A DNA stretch of 44,077 nt from Shigella phage EP23. The position numbers and the translations under genes were made by a program. Below, one piece after another: positions 9,502-17,861 of this stretch. The stretch lies in the sequence record JN984867, one strand, 5' to 3'. Every line of letters begins with the position of its first letter. Position 1 is the stretch's first letter. The notes beneath the pieces were generated by a model. The model did no database searches. It was not told where the DNA came from and saw only the letters and a program-made list of their open reading frames with translations.

Positions 9502-10095
9502 GTGGCTGAAGTCTACTCATTCGCCGCCACTATTGCTACATGGGTGGATAAGACGAAGGAGAACAACGATAAGGCGGTGCGGGCGTACGGGATGCAAATA
9601 CTCGGACGCCTTATTGAGATCTCCCCGGTGGGCGACCCTCGCCGGTGGAAGATTAACAAGGCTTATGCAATGGCCCGCCAGCACGCGAACAAGGTTAACG
9701 CCGCACAGCGTCGCAAGAATGGCGGCAAACTGAAGCGCGGGCAGAAGAAGCACGCCAGTGTGCTGGTATCATTCAAGACTAAAAACGGCAACGTCACGTT
9801 CCGCCAGCGCGGCTGGGCCGCGAAGAACTACACCGGGGGGCGCTTCCGGGGTAACTGGCAGGTGACATTTGATCGACCAGCTGTCGGTGCTATTGACCGC
9901 GTTGACAAGGCCGGAACGGCAACATTAGCCGCTGGGCGTGAAGTGCTGGCGCATTACGATTCGAGTGAATACGGGTCGATCTGGTTTACTAACAACGTGC
10001 CATACGCGCAGCGACTTGAGTATGGCTGGAGTAAACAAGCGCCCGCGGGGATTGTTCGCGTCGTAGCGGCAGAAATTAATTCGAAGGTGAAATAA
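9502..10095 (+). CDS. tail completion / neck protein (putative)
   Basis: 197 aa ORF with GTG start after AAGGGG; position. Confidence 0.4.
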   Translation: MAEVYSFAATIATWVDKTKENNDKAVRAYGMQILGRLIEISPVGDPRRWKINKAYAMARQHANKVNAAQRRKNGGKLKRGQKKHASVLVSFKTKNGNVTFRQRGWAAKNYTGGRFRGNWQVTFDRPAVGAIDRVDKAGTATLAAGREVLAHYDSSEYGSIWFTNNVPYAQRLEYGWSKQAPAGIVRVVAAEINSKVK

Positions 10096-10517
10096 TGAGC
10101 AATACCGCAATCCGCAAAGCGCTTAACAGCGTGGTAGAAGAGTTATCGGTAAGCCTGAGCACTAGCCAGCGCCCGATCCAGGTTAACTGGGAGAACGTGA
10201 GCGGCGACCACGCAAACGGCAGCGGTGTCTACCTGGAGCCGTACCTGCTACCGGCCCCGACCCAGTTTGTGGGCTTCCAGCAGAAGGGCCGGATCTATGC
10301 TGGCGTATATCAGGTTGCCGTAGTGTTTCCCGCGGGCACGGGTACACAGTATGCGAGCGAACTGGCGGACGCCATCGCGACGTCGGATAAATGGCAGGCC
10401 GTAAGGATTTCCGGAGCGGCCTTCCAGCTTCAGGACTCGCCTTATACCAGTTCAGTGGTTGAGGACGTTGATCGCGCCCGCATCGTGGTTACAGTCCCCT
10501 ACACCTGTTGCGCCTGA
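10095..10517 (+). CDS. tail terminator-like protein (putative)
   Basis: 140 aa ORF, start overlaps previous stop; position upstream of major tail protein. Confidence 0.4.
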   Translation: MSNTAIRKALNSVVEELSVSLSTSQRPIQVNWENVSGDHANGSGVYLEPYLLPAPTQFVGFQQKGRIYAGVYQVAVVFPAGTGTQYASELADAIATSDKWQAVRISGAAFQLQDSPYTSSVVEDVDRARIVVTVPYTCCA

Positions 10518-10578
10518 TTTGGCGCTATTCTGCGCGTGCTGTATCATTGAACCGTATATCTAAACAGGAGCGTTCATT

Positions 10579-11304
10579 ATGGGTTATCAACTTCCTAACG
10601 GGTCCAGCGTCCAGATTGGGTCCGTACTTGGCACCGGCATCGCTGTTACAGCAGCTACCAACGCCGCCGCGTCGATCTCTGATCTTACGAAAGGTTGCGT
10701 TATCACCTGCGCGGCTTCTCATGGCCTGCAAGTTGGTGACGTGGTTATGTTCACTAAAACCCCGTGGGTCCGTGCGCTGAACCGCGCGTTTATCGTAGGT
10801 AAAGTAGCCGAGAACGCCGTTACGCTGGCGCGCTTCGACACCTCGGACGTCACCAAATATCCTGCCGGTGCTTTTGGGGCGGGAACCCCAGGCGAAGTGG
10901 TGAAAGTGTCGAATTTTATCGACTTCCCGTTTATCACTAACGTTGCCGTGTCGGGTGGTGACCAGCAGACCACTACCTTCCAGCCGTTGCAGGTGAATAC
11001 CGCGATCAGTCTGAACACCACGAAAAACCCGTTGGTACAGACCTACACTTTCACCCACGACGAAGAAGACCCGATCCGCCCGATTCTGGAAGACCTGGAC
11101 GACACACAGAAAACCACTGTGATTAAGTTCACTAACCCGGCAGCGGCAAGCGGCAAAGGTGAAATCCGTATTTACCCGGCTAAGGTGTCTTTCCGCAAGA
11201 TTCCGTCGGCTGAAGTAAACAACGTGGAGACGGTGGAGTCCACCCTCACTATGCAATCCGATATGGTTATTTACCGTAAGGACCTGGTTGAAGCGCGGTC
11301 GTGA
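10579..11304 (+). CDS. major tail (tube) protein
   Basis: 241 aa ORF with strong AGGAG RBS, followed by terminator and tail chaperone gene. Confidence 0.6.
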   Translation: MGYQLPNGSSVQIGSVLGTGIAVTAATNAAASISDLTKGCVITCAASHGLQVGDVVMFTKTPWVRALNRAFIVGKVAENAVTLARFDTSDVTKYPAGAFGAGTPGEVVKVSNFIDFPFITNVAVSGGDQQTTTFQPLQVNTAISLNTTKNPLVQTYTFTHDEEDPIRPILEDLDDTQKTTVIKFTNPAAASGKGEIRIYPAKVSFRKIPSAEVNNVETVESTLTMQSDMVIYRKDLVEARS

Positions 11305-11334
11305 TTTGGTCGCTTAAATAGCGGGTGTTAATAT

Positions 11335-11357
11335 GGGGCCGTACTGGCCCTTTTTTT
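11335..11357 (+). terminator. rho-independent terminator after major tail protein gene
   Basis: GGGCC-gtact-GGCCC hairpin followed by T7. Confidence 0.65.
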
Positions 11358-11373
11358 ATTGGAGAATACTACA

Positions 11374-11736
11374 ATGGCTAAAGCACCACTCTTTACACTT
11401 GACCCTAAGCCGACTTTTAAGCTGCCGATTGAAATCCCGCGCCCAGGCGAAAACGAACCGGGCAAAATGACGTTTACCGTGCGCCACCGTCCGATCGACG
11501 AGTTTTCGCAGACCATGCAGGATACTGAGCGCAAGTTATCGGAATATGACGACAATGACCCGGACGGCTTTAACGTTATGGTCGAGGCCATCATGCACGT
11601 AGCAGAAGGCTGGAATCTGCCGGACGAATTTAACGCGGAGAACGTCCGCCGCCTGGTGGTCAACTATCCGCGCGCGTTCGGCGTGTTCCACACTTCGTAC
11701 TATCTCGAACTGATGGGATTGCGTGAAAAAAACTAA
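11374..11736 (+). CDS. tail assembly chaperone (lambda gpG-like)
   Basis: ATG 11374 after GGAGA; small acidic protein immediately upstream of tape measure gene; ends with slippery A-AAA-AAC. Confidence 0.6.
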   Translation: MAKAPLFTLDPKPTFKLPIEIPRPGENEPGKMTFTVRHRPIDEFSQTMQDTERKLSEYDDNDPDGFNVMVEAIMHVAEGWNLPDEFNAENVRRLVVNYPRAFGVFHTSYYLELMGLREKN

Positions 11737-12050
11737 TTGAGGCGGCGCGACGCTTTTATGGCCCGCCGCCACCCTCCGAAGATTTAGCCGCGAGTTTATG
11801 GGGGGCGACCCCGGAAGATGTTTGCCCCCCGGTTGCACTATGGCCCGACAATGCGAAGGTAGTCGCAGTCTTCACAGATTGCTCCACGCAATGGCGCACC
11901 GGATTCGGTGGTGCATACGGCATTGACTACGGCGTACTGGAATGGCTTTTTAAGATGCACGGCATCGAAAACGCGCAGCGTGCGTTTAAAGATATTAAGC
12001 TAATGGAACGCATTGCGCTGGACGAAATGGCGCGGCATAACCCCGCATAG
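11374..12050 (+). CDS. tail assembly chaperone -1 frameshift fusion product (gpGT-like), predicted
   Basis: Heptamer A AAA AAC at 11727-11733 in the zero frame of the chaperone; the -1 frame is open for 105 codons from 11733 to TAG at 12048-12050 (checked codon by codon). Confidence 0.5.
11727..11733 (+). other. candidate -1 programmed ribosomal frameshift slippery site (A_AAA_AAC)
   Basis: Read directly; conserved position 3 codons before chaperone stop. Confidence 0.5.
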
Positions 12051-12380
12051 CAAATCGGGACAGGCGGGACGTCCCGATTTATCCCGTTCTGTCCCGCACA
12101 TCTAAAAACTGCATATTTACCCACTACGATTGCATAAACTAAAAGCGGGACAGGGGTGCTGTCCCGATCTGTCCCGCCCCTCAAAAGTGAATGGCTATGC
12201 GGTTTTTCTGCATAAAACAAACGGGACAGAAAGCGGGACAGAATGAGGCGGGACAAAGCGGGACAGCACCCCTGTCCCAGTCAGTGCTGCCGCGGGTTTT
12301 GACCGATCGGGACAGGCGGGACAACTCCCAGTCTTTCAGACTAGACGGGGGTCAGCGGCCCCCCTCGTCTGAGACTGAAT
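12040..12380. repeat. iteron-rich non-coding region, copy 1 (GCGGGACA / TGTCCCG direct and inverted repeats, CTGCATAAA motifs, 70-bp shared hairpin-containing block at 12308-12377)
   Basis: At least 10 GGGACA-type half-sites, palindromes CGGGACGTCCCG and GGGACAG-N6-CTGTCCC; block identical to 39263-39332. Confidence 0.8.
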
Positions 12381-12446
12381 AAGGTTTGTTTTAAATTCGC
12401 TGATACAATGACCGACGGCAACTGCATAAAAAAGGGGGACTGCATA

Positions 12447-15089
12447 ATGGCAGATCAGGCAGCGGGCATCACGCTCAAGGCGGACGTCGCGCAAATTAAA
12501 ACGGCTAATACTGTGCTGGACACATTTGCGCAGAAATCCGAGAACACAGAACAGAAAGTAAAGAAATTAAACGACACCCTCGGCAAGTCGAAAAAGGTTA
12601 CTGGCGACGCCGCGGGCGGAATGGAAAAGTTAGCGACTGAATCGCAGCGTGCCGCCGATGGCATGACGAAACAGGAGCGACTCGCCAGCCGATTAGGCAT
12701 GTCGACCAAAAACCTGGGATTCGCATCGCGGAACGCCGCATTCCAGTTACAGGATATTGCGGTGACGCTTGAGATGGGTATGCCGGTGCACCGCGTTATG
12801 CTTCAGCAGTTACCGCAGCTTACTGGGGCGTTTGGCGGACTGGGTAACACGCTGCGATATGTTGCGGGCTTTCTCGGCCCAGTAGGGATCGGCCTTTCAG
12901 CATTAACGGCGACGTTAGGCGTAGGGGTGGCAATTACGACCCGCGCAGAGAACCAGGTGGCGGCGCTTAATAAGACGCTGGCGCTGTCCGGTAATATTTC
13001 AGGCCTCACAGCTAACCAGATCCTTGTGCTGTCCGAGAACGCCGAGCGCATGGGCGGGTCATTTCGCAAGACGCGTGACACAATCCAGGCGCTGGCGGCG
13101 GCGGGTGTGAAAGCGGGTGGTGACTTCGGCGCATTGGCTAAGGTAGTTAATGACTTTGCGAAGGTGTCCAGCCAGCCGATCGAGGATGTGGTAGCGGCGG
13201 TGGCGAAGCTGTCAACAGACCCCGTTGGCGGACTGCGTGCGCTGGCGGATAAGTATCACGTCGTAAACGAAGCGCAGATCCAGCAGGTACAGTCGCTCGT
13301 TGATGCGGGTCGTGAGACAGACGCGGTTGCGTTGGCTAACAAAACAGCCGCTGCGTCGTTCACCAGCATGACCAATGAGATCAAGGCGAACATGGGTACG
13401 CTTGAGCGATCTATGAACGTCGTCACATCGGCAGCCAAATCAATGTGGGACGCCATCCTGGATGTGGGCCGCGCGCAGTCCTCCAATGAGTCCGAGATGA
13501 AAGCGCGCGAATCACTACAGCGCATGACCACGGCTTACTATGCCGAGATGAAAGCGGTAAACGCTGCCGGTGGGGTAATGACTGAAGCGCAGAAAGCACG
13601 TATTAACATGCTTTACAGCGAACTGGTCGCCCAGGAAAAAGTGGTGGCGTCGCTCACCCTGCGTAACCGTGCTGAGCGAGACAACGCCCGCGCCGCAGAC
13701 GAATCCGCAAAGGCGAACGAGGAGGCCAACCGCACCGCCCGCGACCGCGCTGCGTTCGAGAAGGAGTACGCAACTAACGCGAAGAAGCGCGCCGACGAGA
13801 TCGCCCGCCTCAATTTGCTGAATAAGCGCGGCGTTATTGATGAGAAAGAGCTTGCCGAGGCGGTGAAGCAGGTAAACGAGCGTTATAAAGACCCCGCCCC
13901 GAAGAAGGCCGCCGCTGTACGAGTCGATGCCGGTATGAAAATGCTGGAAGTCGCACGGAGCGAACTGGCCCAGCTTCGAGAATCCGGCAAGCAGATCGAA
14001 GCCAACGCGTCTACGCAGACCCGCACGCAACGCGCTCAAGCGGCCTTAAACAAGCTGATCGCCGACAATGAGCAGTTAATCGCGGCGAGCAAAGAAAGGG
14101 CGCTAACGGCAGCAGAGAAGCAGCAGATGGTAGAATTCGGACGCGTGAAGGAAGTGCGCGAGCAGATTGTCGAAGAAGCCAAACTACTGGACGCGAAAGA
14201 GAAGCAGGTTAAGGCGCACGCGCAGATCGACGCCTTCGTTAAGAACCAGAATGCCGAGCTAAAAGCCACCGCGGCGGGCTATGCGCTTTCTACTCGAGAA
14301 GCGGCAAACCTGCGTGAAGAATTGCAGCTAATCGACCGCCTGAAGCGTGTAGGCGCTAACGATACCGATATTGACAAGGCGGTGTCTAAGCTGCGGGAAG
14401 TGCAGGAGGCGCAGACCGGCGCTAACGCCTCGCTATGGGATGGATTCAGTCGCGGGCTTAAGGATAGCGTGGATGAAATGGGTAACGGATATACGCAGAT
14501 GGCGTCGCTCACGAAATTCACGTTCAGCGCTATGCAGGACACAATGAACGAGTTTTTCGAGACGGGCAAGTTGAACGCAAAGGATATGGTTAAATCCATC
14601 CTGAGCGAGTTAATCAAGCTGGCTACCTCGCAGGCGTTCAAGTCTATCGTTAGCGCTTTCGGTGGTGACGGCGGCAAAAACGGATTGTTCGGCGCTATCT
14701 TCTCTGGCCTCACTAAGAATGCGGACGGCGGAGCGTACGCAGGAGGCAATCTCGCGGCCTATTCGGGGAAAGTGGTAAGCCAGCCTACCTTCTTTAGTTA
14801 TGGCGTCCAGGCGTTCGCTAAGGGTGCGGGATTGATGGGCGAGGCTGGACCAGAGGCCATCATGCCACTGAAGCGCGGGCCGGACGGGAAACTGGGCGTT
14901 GCCGCGTCGGGCGCAGGCGGTGGTATGGTCGTGACGACTAACGTTTACACGGGGACTGGTAAAACGGATACCAGTGTCAGCGGGCCGGACCCCCGTACTG
15001 CGCAAGCGTTCGGCAAGCAAATCACCGAGGCGGTGAAGGCCGAGATCGTGAAAGCGACGAAACCGGGTGGTGTACTTTACAAACGATGA
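12447..15089 (+). CDS. tail tape measure protein
   Basis: About 880 aa, long A/Q/K/E-rich helical protein with Gly-rich C-terminal region; ATG 12447 chosen (track ORF starts 12408). Confidence 0.85.
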   Translation: MADQAAGITLKADVAQIKTANTVLDTFAQKSENTEQKVKKLNDTLGKSKKVTGDAAGGMEKLATESQRAADGMTKQERLASRLGMSTKNLGFASRNAAFQLQDIAVTLEMGMPVHRVMLQQLPQLTGAFGGLGNTLRYVAGFLGPVGIGLSALTATLGVGVAITTRAENQVAALNKTLALSGNISGLTANQILVLSENAERMGGSFRKTRDTIQALAAAGVKAGGDFGALAKVVNDFAKVSSQPIEDVVAAVAKLSTDPVGGLRALADKYHVVNEAQIQQVQSLVDAGRETDAVALANKTAAASFTSMTNEIKANMGTLERSMNVVTSAAKSMWDAILDVGRAQSSNESEMKARESLQRMTTAYYAEMKAVNAAGGVMTEAQKARINMLYSELVAQEKVVASLTLRNRAERDNARAADESAKANEEANRTARDRAAFEKEYATNAKKRADEIARLNLLNKRGVIDEKELAEAVKQVNERYKDPAPKKAAAVRVDAGMKMLEVARSELAQLRESGKQIEANASTQTRTQRAQAALNKLIADNEQLIAASKERALTAAEKQQMVEFGRVKEVREQIVEEAKLLDAKEKQVKAHAQIDAFVKNQNAELKATAAGYALSTREAANLREELQLIDRLKRVGANDTDIDKAVSKLREVQEAQTGANASLWDGFSRGLKDSVDEMGNGYTQMASLTKFTFSAMQDTMNEFFETGKLNAKDMVKSILSELIKLATSQAFKSIVSAFGGDGGKNGLFGAIFSGLTKNADGGAYAGGNLAAYSGKVVSQPTFFSYGVQAFAKGAGLMGEAGPEAIMPLKRGPDGKLGVAASGAGGGMVVTTNVYTGTGKTDTSVSGPDPRTAQAFGKQITEAVKAEIVKATKPGGVLYKR

Positions 15090-15096
15090 TAAAATG

Positions 15097-15126
15097 GCCC
15101 TCACATCCATCGTGGGGGCTTTTTTA
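15097..15126 (+). terminator. putative terminator after tape measure gene
   Basis: GCCCTCAC-atccatc-GTGGGGGC hairpin (one G-U pair) then TTTTTT. Confidence 0.45.
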
Positions 15127-15725
15127 TGTCACAAGGTACAATCACATTAACTAAGGGGAGTAAGACCGTTACGGGCGTGGGGACGGCGTTCCTTAGCGAG
15201 ATCGGGAAGGTACGCGTATTCACCCACATCGACGGCAACGACTACACCGGCAAAATTGCAGCATTCAACTCGAATACGGTCATTACACTGAAAGATAACT
15301 GGGCCGGTCCAACGAAATCCGGTGCGGCGTATGAGCTAATCGAAGCACACGACCCGCGATCAAACGAATGGCCCTATTACTGGCACATGCAATTGCAGGG
15401 CGGTGGCGACGTGCAGTTAGCTTTCCGGTCGGAGGAATTGCAATTCGGTAATGGCTACGGGCAGAACATCGCGGACGGCCCGAACGCCGAAACGAAACAG
15501 TTCCCCGTGCAATTCGTCGGGCTGACTACTGACAAATGGTGCGACCCTAAACTGGTTTACAACTTCCTTCGCGGTCACTTCGTAAAACCGTTTGTCGTCA
15601 CAGCACCGGATGGCGAAACAGGTTTATTCGTTGTCGAGCGTTCGAGCTTGTCGTACACGGACAACGGGCACTACACGGCAACGGTATCAGCCACCCTTAA
15701 AACAGCTATTGGATTCGTGAGATGA
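15126..15725 (+). CDS. distal tail protein, lambda gpM-like C-terminal part with N-terminal extension
   Basis: FGNGYGQNIADGPNAETKQFPV resembles lambda gpM core (from memory); N-terminal GTITLTKGSKTVTGVGTAF resembles N-terminus of the fiber ORF at 22032. Confidence 0.5.
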   Translation: MSQGTITLTKGSKTVTGVGTAFLSEIGKVRVFTHIDGNDYTGKIAAFNSNTVITLKDNWAGPTKSGAAYELIEAHDPRSNEWPYYWHMQLQGGGDVQLAFRSEELQFGNGYGQNIADGPNAETKQFPVQFVGLTTDKWCDPKLVYNFLRGHFVKPFVVTAPDGETGLFVVERSSLSYTDNGHYTATVSATLKTAIGFVR

Positions 15726-16510
15726 ATAAACTATATCGTGAGGCGACGCGCTTTGACCCATCGGGTCGCGTTCGCCTGATTCACATTGACGCGCAGGACG
15801 TGGAACCAGGCGACGGTGCGATCGGCGCGGGCCATCACTATTTCCACTATTGCTTTATTCCACACACTGCCGAGGATATTGCTGCCGCCGGTGGGGACGA
15901 GGACAAGCTAAAGCCAAAATCTATCTTCTTCGGCGGGCAGGAGTTCGAATTTTGGCCCTTCGATTTGTCCGGCCTTAACTTCTCCACATCAACGGCAGCA
16001 GAACCGCAGCTAACTATCGTCGATATTGGCGGGGTCATCACCAGGCTATCACTGAATCACGACCAGCTACTGGGCGCGAAGGTTGAAATCATCGACACGT
16101 TCGCGAAGTTCCTGGACAACGGGCCGGATCCAGACCCAACGCAAAAACGTGTCCAGGAGTTTTACATCGACTCACAGGTGGGCCGCAATCCGGGCAAACA
16201 AATCACCTTCGCATTATCCTCGCCCGCGGATATGGAGGGGCAAGTAGTCCCCCGCCGCCAAATCATGAATATGTGCGAGTGGGCGCTCAATGGGAAGTAC
16301 GCCAGCGGGGACGGATGCACCTGGAACCTTGCAAAGCCGGGTATCAAGTATTACGACGAACGCGGTAATGAGGTCATCGCGATGAACATGGACCGATGCG
16401 GCGGCTGTTTGTCAGACTGTTATCTTCGATTTGGGCAAGGGCTTGCGGATCCTAAAGCGGCGGTGCTGGACTTCGGCGGCTTTCCGGGGTCACGATTAAT
16501 TAAGGGGTAG
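15722..16510 (+). CDS. minor tail protein, lambda gpL-like
   Basis: 262 aa; Cys cluster near C-terminus (CEW...C...C..C) compatible with gpL Fe-S region; order M-L-K-I-J. Confidence 0.65.
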   Translation: MNKLYREATRFDPSGRVRLIHIDAQDVEPGDGAIGAGHHYFHYCFIPHTAEDIAAAGGDEDKLKPKSIFFGGQEFEFWPFDLSGLNFSTSTAAEPQLTIVDIGGVITRLSLNHDQLLGAKVEIIDTFAKFLDNGPDPDPTQKRVQEFYIDSQVGRNPGKQITFALSSPADMEGQVVPRRQIMNMCEWALNGKYASGDGCTWNLAKPGIKYYDERGNEVIAMNMDRCGGCLSDCYLRFGQGLADPKAAVLDFGGFPGSRLIKG

Positions 16511-16512
16511 TC

Positions 16513-17253
16513 ATGTTAACGAAAAAGGTTAAAAGCGATATTGCCGCGCACGTTGCGGCATGTCTGCCGGAGGAAGCCTGCGGCCTGGTTGTCATGGTGG
16601 GCCGCAAACAAGTTTTTGTCCCGTGCATGAACGTATTCGAAGACCCGACCGGAGCGCGATCACGTAGAGACGCGTTTACCATTAGTGATATGGCCTGGAT
16701 GGAGGCCGAGGATATGGGCGACGTTGTTCGCGTTGTCCACTCACACCCAGGCCAGCGCGAGCTAACCCCGTCACTTGGCGACGTTAACGGGTGCAACGGC
16801 AGCGGCGTCGTGTGGACCATTACTAATGAGTACGGCGACTTTATCGAGATTGACCCGGAAGACCCGCCGCTGGTAGGCCGCCGATTTGTTCTCGGAATTA
16901 CGGATTGCTATGGCCTCGTAATGGACTGGCACAAAAAGCAGGGCGTGATTCTGCCAGACTTCCGCGTGCCGTACAACTGGTGGGAGACTGGCGAAAACCT
17001 GTATATGGATAACTGGTACGGAGCAGGCTTCAGGGAATGCGAGGAGAATACACCAGGGGCGATGGTCATCATGCAGATTAGCGCGCCGGTGCCAAACCAT
17101 GCGGGGATCTTCCTTCCAGGCAACCAGCTACTACACCATATCTACGGCAGCTTGTCGAGCGTCGTCCCCTTCCGGGCAGGATTTTTCCGCGACAATGTGG
17201 TTAAATGGGTGCGTCATAAAGACTTACCTGGGGATATTACAGAATGGCAATGA
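16513..17253 (+). CDS. tail tip protein, lambda gpK-like (JAMM/MPN plus NlpC/P60-like)
   Basis: HSHPGQRELTPSLGD fits JAMM motif H-x-H-x7-S-x2-D; size and position. Confidence 0.7.
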   Translation: MLTKKVKSDIAAHVAACLPEEACGLVVMVGRKQVFVPCMNVFEDPTGARSRRDAFTISDMAWMEAEDMGDVVRVVHSHPGQRELTPSLGDVNGCNGSGVVWTITNEYGDFIEIDPEDPPLVGRRFVLGITDCYGLVMDWHKKQGVILPDFRVPYNWWETGENLYMDNWYGAGFRECEENTPGAMVIMQISAPVPNHAGIFLPGNQLLHHIYGSLSSVVPFRAGFFRDNVVKWVRHKDLPGDITEWQ

Positions 17254-17861
17254 CCACGTTTAAATTGTACGGCGTCTTAGGGCGTCGTTTTGGTAAAGTG
17301 CACAAGCTGGACTGCTTCACACCAGGCGAAGGCATCACCGGCCTGTGCGTTAAGTTACCTGGCTTACAGGACTTTCTAATGTCGGCCCACCTGGAAAACA
17401 TTATGTTCAAGGTGCGCAAGGGCAATCACACAATGACCGGATACGACGAGTTGGGCGAGTTCCACGGCGACCGCGTAGTGACCATCGCGCCGGTTATGAC
17501 TGGCGCAAAAAGAGGACTGGGTCAGTTGCTGGCAGGCGTAGCAATCGTGGTGGCGTCATTCTACACCGGCGGGCTTGCTACTGCCGCTTTTGGTGCTTCA
17601 GCCGCGACCGCTGCCGCTATTGGCACAGCAACTTTCTCGTTCGGGATGTCAATGGCGCTGGGCGGCGTTATGCAATTGCTGTCGCCACAGCCGAAAGGAT
17701 TGCAGACACGGCAGGACGTGGACAACAAAGCGTCGTATGCGTTCGGCGGACCGGTAAACACGACAGCGCAAGGTACCGCACTTGGTGTATTATGGGGCGA
17801 GCGTGAGATCGGCGGCGCTATTATTTCAGCCGGAATTGTAACCGAGGATTTTAACGAATGA
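17244..17861 (+). CDS. tail assembly protein, lambda gpI-like
   Basis: 205 aa with Gly/Ala-rich hydrophobic C-terminal half; overlaps K-like stop and J-like start. Confidence 0.6.
   Translation: MAMTTFKLYGVLGRRFGKVHKLDCFTPGEGITGLCVKLPGLQDFLMSAHLENIMFKVRKGNHTMTGYDELGEFHGDRVVTIAPVMTGAKRGLGQLLAGVAIVVASFYTGGLATAAFGASAATAAAIGTATFSFGMSMALGGVMQLLSPQPKGLQTRQDVDNKASYAFGGPVNTTAQGTALGVLWGEREIGGAIISAGIVTEDFNE

Noticed and set aside
11927-12256. 109-aa minus-strand ORF
   Set aside because: Overlaps the predicted frameshift extension and the iteron region; sequence is repeat-driven and there is no upstream promoter or RBS
12040-12380. Possible CRISPR array suggested by the repeated GGGACA units
   Set aside because: Repeats are short (7-8 bp), irregularly spaced, partly inverted and not separated by uniform spacers; no cas genes; the pattern is iteron-like, not CRISPR-like
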